Below are positions 59,001-64,000 of a DNA stretch of 64,000 bases, piece after piece. The DNA is from Theionarchaea archaeon (GTDB lineage: Archaea > Methanobacteriota_B > Thermococci > Methanofastidiosales > SZ-28-30). The stretch's first letter is position 1. Each line of letters starts with the position of its first letter. Below the pieces are notes generated by a model. The model was not told where the DNA came from. It worked only from the letters and a program-made list of their open reading frames with translations, and did not search any database. The translations under genes and the position numbers were made by a program. The stretch lies in assembly GCA_018992685.1 (NCBI GenBank), contig JACVGT010000018.1:64001-128000 (forward strand), read 5' to 3'.

Positions 59001-59186
59001 GAAGAAGTGGCTGAAGCAGAGCGTCCCGCCACGCGGTGTATATCTGTTGAAGAACGAGTATGCTCCTTCAACGAAGTAGACCTGGGGCTCTCTGAGGAAC
59101 AGGCAGTGAAGGAAGCCCGGCGCTGCTTGCGATGCGATCTGGAAACAGAGGAGGGAAGAAAAAAAGTTGAGGAGGTGACAGCATGA
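56040..59186 (+). CDS. NuoF/HydB-like subunit fused to a GltD/NfnB-like FAD-NADP(H) module
   Basis: Thioredoxin-like Fe-S N-domain; NADEGDPGAYMN, PPFP, GGPSGG, CGKCTTC, H...RCPAAVC; then APCQHTCP, CARVC..PCE..C, IGSGPGG, IGGGNAA, YRRT, GGD, RRCLRC. Confidence 0.92.
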   Translation: MTSIEEFQLQCTEIRRKRSETADSPTIVISSGTCGRARGSAEVAIALEEAIRAHNLENKVSLRITGCQGFCQVAPIVVIQPENIFYQGVTPEDAEEIVTETVMNKKVVNRLLYPDPQIGEGILSKEDIPFFTKQRKILLENNSLVDPTNIDDYIGIGGYSALCRALRDTNPEEIIETIKSSGLRGRGGAGFPTGLKWQFCRNSKGDRKYIVCNADEGDPGAYMNRSLLEGNPHSVLEGMLIGAYAIGAQQGYIYIRHEYPLAVKHVLIAVEQMREKGLLGKDILGTGFEFDIKVVKGAGAFVCGEETALIASVEGRKGEPRQRPPFPAQKGIWGKPTNINNVETWANVPHIINNGAEWYSQIGTERSKGTKIFSLVGKINNTGLVEVPMGITLKEMVYDIGGGIPKGRKFKAVQTGGPSGGCIPAELLGLKVDYEQLKEVGSIMGSGGMVIMDEDTCMVDTAKYFLEFLQEESCGKCTTCREGIERLIEILTDITEGKGSLEDLETLRDLGELVRDASMCGLGQTAPNPLLSTLTYFYDEYLQHIKYKRCPAAVCKEITSAPCQHTCPIGTEAVVYVSLIAQGRYDEAFTIIRKDNPLPSVCARVCSHPCESKCQAGKFGNPIAIRALKRFATDYAMKNKLIYPITKENKRKEKVAIIGSGPGGLTAGYYLAIKGYNVTVFESLPLLGGALAVYIPEHRLPRDMLNYDIENIRKAGVEFKTNTTVGKDISFKELKDTYDAIFIATGAHKSMELGIPGEEAEGVIHALDFLKDVSLGTKVTVGRRVGVIGGGNAAVDAARVAARLEDCDTVTILYRRTRKEMPAFEEETEACLEEQIDIQFLTAPRKILTEKGRVTGVECVKMQLGEIDESGRRRPIPIEGSEFVVQLDTLIVAISERPDVSFLKGHEGVEFTKWGTIVADPETYVTGLEGVFAGGDVVTGPNVAIYAMGAGKVVAEMIHQYLQGKTLQPEYKVTRPSMYLNPVELSEEEVAEAERPATRCISVEERVCSFNEVDLGLSEEQAVKEARRCLRCDLETEEGRKKVEEVTA

Positions 59187-59893
59187 TAACACTGACCATC
59201 AATGGACTGGACCTGCAAGCTGAACAGGGGTGGAGTATCCTGGAAACCTGTGAATTCTATGGAATAGAAATACCCACCTTATGCTACCATGAAGGTCTTT
59301 CCCCATATGGAGCCTGCAGGTTGTGCATTGTGGAGATTGGAGAGGGAGAGAGAGCAAAGGTCGTGACCTCCTGTACCTATCCTGCTCAGGAAGGGCTGAA
59401 GGTCAGAACTCATTCTGAAAAGATCCACAAGTACAGGAAATTGATCATAGAACTGCTGCTTGCCAGATGCCCCACCTCAAAGACCGTGCAAGATCTGGCA
59501 TCGAAACTGGGAGTCACTAAGGTGCGCTTTTCCATCAAGAATGATGACTGCATTCTCTGTGGGCTGTGTACACGCATATGCGAGGAGCAGATGGATGCCA
59601 GAGCCATTGGATTTGTTAACAGAGGGAAGGACAGAAAGATTACTACCCCGTTTGACATAAAATCTGATGTGTGTCGGACCTGCGGTGCCTGCATGTACGT
59701 CTGTCCAGCATGTCAGCTGAGATGCCACGGGCCTGAACCTCCGGGCGCTGTGTGCGGAGGCTGTCTCAATATCGAGTATCCATGTCTGGATGTATATGAG
59801 GACGTCCACTGCTACGTGGACCCCTGCGCTGCATGTCTCTTATCAGAAGCAGAAAAGAAGAAGGAGGAAGAAAAAAAGGAGGTCAAAGCATGA
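59183..59893 (+). CDS. NuoG/HydA N-terminal-like Fe-S subunit with Cys-rich tail
   Basis: IPTLC...GACRLC...SC; CILCGLCTRIC; CRTCGACMYVCP; additional C-terminal Cys residues. Confidence 0.88.
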   Translation: MITLTINGLDLQAEQGWSILETCEFYGIEIPTLCYHEGLSPYGACRLCIVEIGEGERAKVVTSCTYPAQEGLKVRTHSEKIHKYRKLIIELLLARCPTSKTVQDLASKLGVTKVRFSIKNDDCILCGLCTRICEEQMDARAIGFVNRGKDRKITTPFDIKSDVCRTCGACMYVCPACQLRCHGPEPPGAVCGGCLNIEYPCLDVYEDVHCYVDPCAACLLSEAEKKKEEEKKEVKA

Positions 59894-59933
59894 CTATCAA
59901 GATTAAGAATGAATGTATAGAGGAGGTAAAACC

Positions 59934-61514
59934 ATGTCTCTAACCAAGATTAACGCCACAGCAGCAACTCTGACCAAGAACAGAACAGAGGGGTCAATTA
60001 ATCAGCTCAGTGGAATGTGTGTTACCTGTGTTGACGGATGCGTGGGTATGTGTGAAATCGGAAAATCAGCGTACCGGGGACACGAGATAATTTATCCACA
60101 ACCTTTCGGTATCATCACGTCCGGAAGCGAAAAGCTCTATCCTGTTGACCTATCCCACTTCACCATCCTCGGTGGCGTCGTGGGTGCATGGGGAATCGAG
60201 ACTGACAGTGATAAGGCGCTCTTCTCCAATGTGAAACTGGAAACCTCGATTGGAAAAGAGAAAGACATCAAGCTGAGAATGCCCGCCATCATCCCCGGAC
60301 TTGGCTCCACAGCTATTGCCAAGAATAACTGGGAAGGGCTGGCTGTAGGTGCTGCACTCACCGGCATCCCTCTGACCATCGGAGAGAATGTGTGTGGAAT
60401 GGACGCTGGATCTGAGATTGTCGATGGAAAGATAAAGCACTCGCCAGATCTGGAATGGAGAGTCAAACTGTACAAGAAATGGCAGAGAAAAGGGTATGGT
60501 GCCATTATAGTACAGGCCAATGTGGAGGACAGCAACCTGGGCGTCCATGAGTATGCCATATCAGAACTGGATGCAGATGCTGTTGAACTCAAGTGGGGCC
60601 AGGGAGCCAAGAACATTGGCGGTGAGGTCAAGCTCAAGACCCTTGAGAGAGCACAACTTCTCAAATCCAGAGGATATGTGGTGCTTCCTGATCCTACAAA
60701 CCCGGCAGTGATCGAGGCCTTCAAGAAAGGAGGCTTCAAAGAGTTTGAACGGCACTCTCGAGTGGGTATGGTATCAGAAGAAGCCTTCATGAAAAGGATA
60801 AAGGAATTGCGAGACTACGGCGCAAAGCACGTCTTTCTGAAGACTGGTGCCTACAGACCAATGGATCTTGCCCGCGCTCTGAAATTCGCGTCCAAGGCAG
60901 AACTGGATCTTCTGACAGTTGATGCTGCGGGCGGAGGAACCGGCATGTCGCCCTGGAGAATGATGAATGAGTGGGGAGTTCCAGAAGTGGAATTACACTC
61001 ACTGTTGTACCAGTACGCAGACAAGCTGGCCAAGAAGGGCAAGTACGTCCCGGACATTGCCATTGCTGGAGGGTTTGCCTTTGAAGACCAGATGTTCAAG
61101 GGGCTGGCAATGGGCGCACCATATGTCAAATTGATTGGCATGGCACGAGCACCACTTGCTGCAGCCATGGTGGGAAAGACCATAGGAAAGAAGATCAACG
61201 AAGGAATGGTCCCTGTCTACATTGAACGGTTCGGAACTTCCAAGGAAGAGATCTTTGTTACTGCCCCCGATTTGAAGAGGGATCTGGGGAAGGACTTTGA
61301 TGAGCTTCCCACAGGTGCTATGGGTCTGTACACCTATATGGAACGACTGCACCAGGGTCTGAGGCAGATCATGGCAGGGTCACGCAAGTTCGCACTGGAG
61401 TACATCAGCAGAGACGATATTGCAGCCCTCACCCATGAGGCAGCTGACATCAGTGGCATTTCATACATCATGGACTGTGACAAAGAAGAAGCTGAAAAGA
61501 TACTCAATTCCTGA
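59934..61514 (+). CDS. FMN-binding glutamate synthase family protein (stand-alone synthase domain)
   Basis: SGMCVTCVDGCVGMCE Fe-S motif, IGEN, ELKWGQGAKNIGGE, LKTG, GGGTGMSP, IAGG; RBS GAGGAGGT. Confidence 0.88.
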   Translation: MSLTKINATAATLTKNRTEGSINQLSGMCVTCVDGCVGMCEIGKSAYRGHEIIYPQPFGIITSGSEKLYPVDLSHFTILGGVVGAWGIETDSDKALFSNVKLETSIGKEKDIKLRMPAIIPGLGSTAIAKNNWEGLAVGAALTGIPLTIGENVCGMDAGSEIVDGKIKHSPDLEWRVKLYKKWQRKGYGAIIVQANVEDSNLGVHEYAISELDADAVELKWGQGAKNIGGEVKLKTLERAQLLKSRGYVVLPDPTNPAVIEAFKKGGFKEFERHSRVGMVSEEAFMKRIKELRDYGAKHVFLKTGAYRPMDLARALKFASKAELDLLTVDAAGGGTGMSPWRMMNEWGVPEVELHSLLYQYADKLAKKGKYVPDIAIAGGFAFEDQMFKGLAMGAPYVKLIGMARAPLAAAMVGKTIGKKINEGMVPVYIERFGTSKEEIFVTAPDLKRDLGKDFDELPTGAMGLYTYMERLHQGLRQIMAGSRKFALEYISRDDIAALTHEAADISGISYIMDCDKEEAEKILNS

Positions 61515-61526
61515 GTAATCTTCTAC

Positions 61527-61543
61527 TTTTTCCCCTTTTTTTT
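61527..61543 (+). terminator. Oligo-T terminator candidate
   Basis: TTTTTCCCCTTTTTTTT just after the stop codon. Confidence 0.55.
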
Positions 61544-61708
61544 AAATATTCTCCTCTTTCTGTTTTCAACTGCCCCAACTGATCACCATAGCCATTCTCA
61601 TGCAGTGTACACTAGGTACATACGCCATATGGCAAAATCCCTCACTGACATCACAACCTATTTAAAACTGCACGAAGAACGTATGTAAAAAGACTTGAGG
61701 AATGGCCT

Positions 61709-62953
61709 ATGGAATTCTCGCTAACTCAAATGGTTCAACAACAAGTGGAGAAAGCATTTAACTGTGCAACCATCCCCGAGTATGTTCAAAAAATACTAAA
61801 GTGTCCCAAACTGGTGCTGGAAGTGAATTTCCCAGTCAAAATGGACGACGGCAGCTACAAGTGTTTCAAAGGGTTCCGCTGCCAATATGACAATGCTTTG
61901 GGCCCCACCAAAGGGGGCGTGAGATACCATCCTGGAGTGACCAGAGAAGAGGTGGAGGCACTGGCTGCCTGGATGACCTGGAAATGTGCGCTGGCTGACC
62001 TGCCCTACGGGGGAGCAAAAGGGGGAGTGGTGTGCGATCCCTTGGAACTGTCAGAATCTGAACTGGAGCGATTGACCAGGCGATTCACTGCTGAAATCAT
62101 GCCCATCTTGAGCCCTCATTCAGATATTCCTGCCCCCGATGTGTTCACCACCTCAAAGACAATGGCCTGGATGATGGATACCTTTAGCATGTTTAAAGGG
62201 TATACTGAGCCCGCCATTGTCACTGGAAAGCCTGAGGCTCTTGGAGGGTCCCTCGGGCGGAAAGAAGCAACAGGACATGGCGTGGCAATTACCACCCGGG
62301 AGCTCTACAGGAACGTGGGAAAGTCACTGAAAGGCGCGACTGTGTCAATCCAGGGGTTCGGTAATGTGGGAACGTACTCTGCTCTCTTTCTGGAGGAGAT
62401 GGGCGCCAAAATCGTGGCAGTGTCAGACTCATCAGGGGGCGTTATCGACAAGGATGGACTCAACTTAAAGGAACTTCTAGAATGCATGGAAAAACACAAA
62501 TGCCTTGCAAAATATGAGAAATCAAAAATATGGCCCAGAGATGACATCCTATATCAGGACGTGGATATTCTGATCCCAGCTGCTCTGGAGAACCAAATCC
62601 GAAAGGACAACGTAGAACCTGTGAAGGCCAAGGTAATATCTGAGGGTGCAAATGGGCCCACGACTCCCGATGCAGACGAAGTGCTGGAGAAAAAGGGAGT
62701 CCTTGTGATCCCAGATATCCTGGCCAATGCCGGAGGCGTCATCGTCAGCCATCTAGAATGGGTTCAGGCACTCAGTGGTTTGCGGTGGGAAGAGAAAGAA
62801 ATCAATGACAGATTGGAGAAACGGCTGGTAACAGTGTTTGACAAAGTGTGGAAGAAAGCACAGGAAAAGAAAATATCTCTGAGAACTGCTGCCTATGTTG
62901 TTGCCATTGAAAGGATTGCTGAAGTCTATGGCTACAGGGGAGTGTTCCCCTAG
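61709..62953 (+). CDS. gdhA: Glutamate dehydrogenase
   Basis: GPTKGGVRY, MTWKCA, GGAKGG, DIPAPD, QGFGNVG, EGANGP, PDILANAGGV. Confidence 0.95.
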   Translation: MEFSLTQMVQQQVEKAFNCATIPEYVQKILKCPKLVLEVNFPVKMDDGSYKCFKGFRCQYDNALGPTKGGVRYHPGVTREEVEALAAWMTWKCALADLPYGGAKGGVVCDPLELSESELERLTRRFTAEIMPILSPHSDIPAPDVFTTSKTMAWMMDTFSMFKGYTEPAIVTGKPEALGGSLGRKEATGHGVAITTRELYRNVGKSLKGATVSIQGFGNVGTYSALFLEEMGAKIVAVSDSSGGVIDKDGLNLKELLECMEKHKCLAKYEKSKIWPRDDILYQDVDILIPAALENQIRKDNVEPVKAKVISEGANGPTTPDADEVLEKKGVLVIPDILANAGGVIVSHLEWVQALSGLRWEEKEINDRLEKRLVTVFDKVWKKAQEKKISLRTAAYVVAIERIAEVYGYRGVFP

Positions 62954-63114
62954 CTCATTCTCATCCTTTTCTCTTTCCCTTTCTCCTTTCCTTAAAATCC
63001 CACCTGCAATTGGAGGCAGCGCGGGATAGTCAATAGGACATCTCAAGTCATGAAAGTTGGTGGATAATTCAAAAACCCTTTCCGAGAAGAAGTCGGGATT
63101 TCGATGACGTAGGT

Positions 63115-63987
63115 TCACTCTACCTGAAATCGCTCTTTGATCTCACTTGGATAGAGAAGAGAGAGGTATCTATCCAGCTCTTCAGCCACAACATAGGACA
63201 GGTAATGGTATTCCTCGAAGGCATAGGGCGGGCTCACTGCAATCGTCACCACCCTGGAATTGATGCGTATCCTGTTCAGCACACGCATGAATCTGTCAAT
63301 TGTTATCCAGGGAACGATCTCGCCCTGGTTATAGAAATAGTCCGGATATCTGTCGATGTCCAATGCGTTGATGAAATAATCTGTATCGACATCCAGAAGG
63401 ACCTCCTTCTCAAAGTGAGGTAGCATTCCTAAGGTGACAAAGTGGACGCGTGTCTCAGTTTTTTCGTACATATCAAGGGTGAGGAGAGGAGGAGCCACCT
63501 GGTGAACCTGCATTAATGCACACACCACATGATCCTCTTCTTTTTCGCAGTCGCAGAATTTCACATATTTGTAGAAAGTTCGGGGTTCTCCATTGCTGAT
63601 AAAAGTCTCCACAGAGTCAAATCGCTCACGCCAGTACCGGTAATCAGGCACGACCCACCAGATTTCTGTGACCAGCCCTTCGCCAACTGCTGCTGAAATA
63701 AAAGTGGCATTGGTCACACCTTCCACCTTGTCCGGACCTCGTTCACAGGTAGCCAGCCACAGATCATAGTAATCCCCTACCATGCAGTCCATGTCACTGT
63801 GTGCGTCAAAATGAACGAGTGTCATGCCATTCTGAATCAACCCTCTCTCCCGGGCAATCCTCCAGTAAAGGTAAGCATCTTTGTGATTAGCAGAATGAGC
63901 TATCATATAAGGGTTAGAAGTAAAGAGTGTGCACTGAACTTGAGATGCCAGAACAACGATGAGTAAAATGGCAAGAACCCTTTTCAT
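63115..63987 (-). CDS. UPF0489-like (arginase/deacetylase fold) protein with signal peptide
   Basis: NH, LVHFDAHSD, NATFI, LLDVDTDYF, TIAVSP; N-terminal MKRVLAILLIVVLA. Confidence 0.75.
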   Translation of the reverse strand: MKRVLAILLIVVLASQVQCTLFTSNPYMIAHSANHKDAYLYWRIARERGLIQNGMTLVHFDAHSDMDCMVGDYYDLWLATCERGPDKVEGVTNATFISAAVGEGLVTEIWWVVPDYRYWRERFDSVETFISNGEPRTFYKYVKFCDCEKEEDHVVCALMQVHQVAPPLLTLDMYEKTETRVHFVTLGMLPHFEKEVLLDVDTDYFINALDIDRYPDYFYNQGEIVPWITIDRFMRVLNRIRINSRVVTIAVSPPYAFEEYHYLSYVVAEELDRYLSLLYPSEIKERFQVE

Positions 63988-64000
63988 AAACTCACATGTG

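Overview
Gene-dense archaeal chromosomal window. It encodes PolD DP1/DP2, RFC-S, 20S proteasome alpha/beta and a PRC-barrel protein, with BRE-TATA promoters and many apparently leaderless genes. Gene content suggests an anaerobic euryarchaeote, possibly a Thermococci-related lineage such as Theionarchaea (inference only). Main blocks: (1) 3.3-10.6 kb, a RiPP-like maturation cluster with a tandem PqqD/RRE protein, three radical SAM/SPASM enzymes, a methyltransferase, a nitroreductase, a glycosyltransferase and an unannotated remnant of a fourth SPASM gene, but no obvious precursor; (2) housekeeping and replication genes; (3) a Zn/Mn ABC transporter with a NikR-like regulator; (4) an apparent operon psmB-psmA, sulfonate/nitrate-type ABC transporter and AIR-synthase-like gene, whose binding protein appears circularly permuted; (5) uvrB, ferredoxin, aldehyde dehydrogenase, ECF-S and a stand-alone NifB-like rSAM; (6) a translationally coupled NuoE-NuoF-FdhA plus group 3b [NiFe] hydrogenase operon with fused beta-gamma subunits; (7) a divergent NuoE / NuoF-GltD fusion / NuoG-like / FMN glutamate-synthase-domain operon followed by glutamate dehydrogenase. 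Several short ORFs with strong RBSs fall below the ORF-track cutoff. No rRNA, tRNA, CRISPR array or mobile element was recognised. All calls come from motif reading without database searches.
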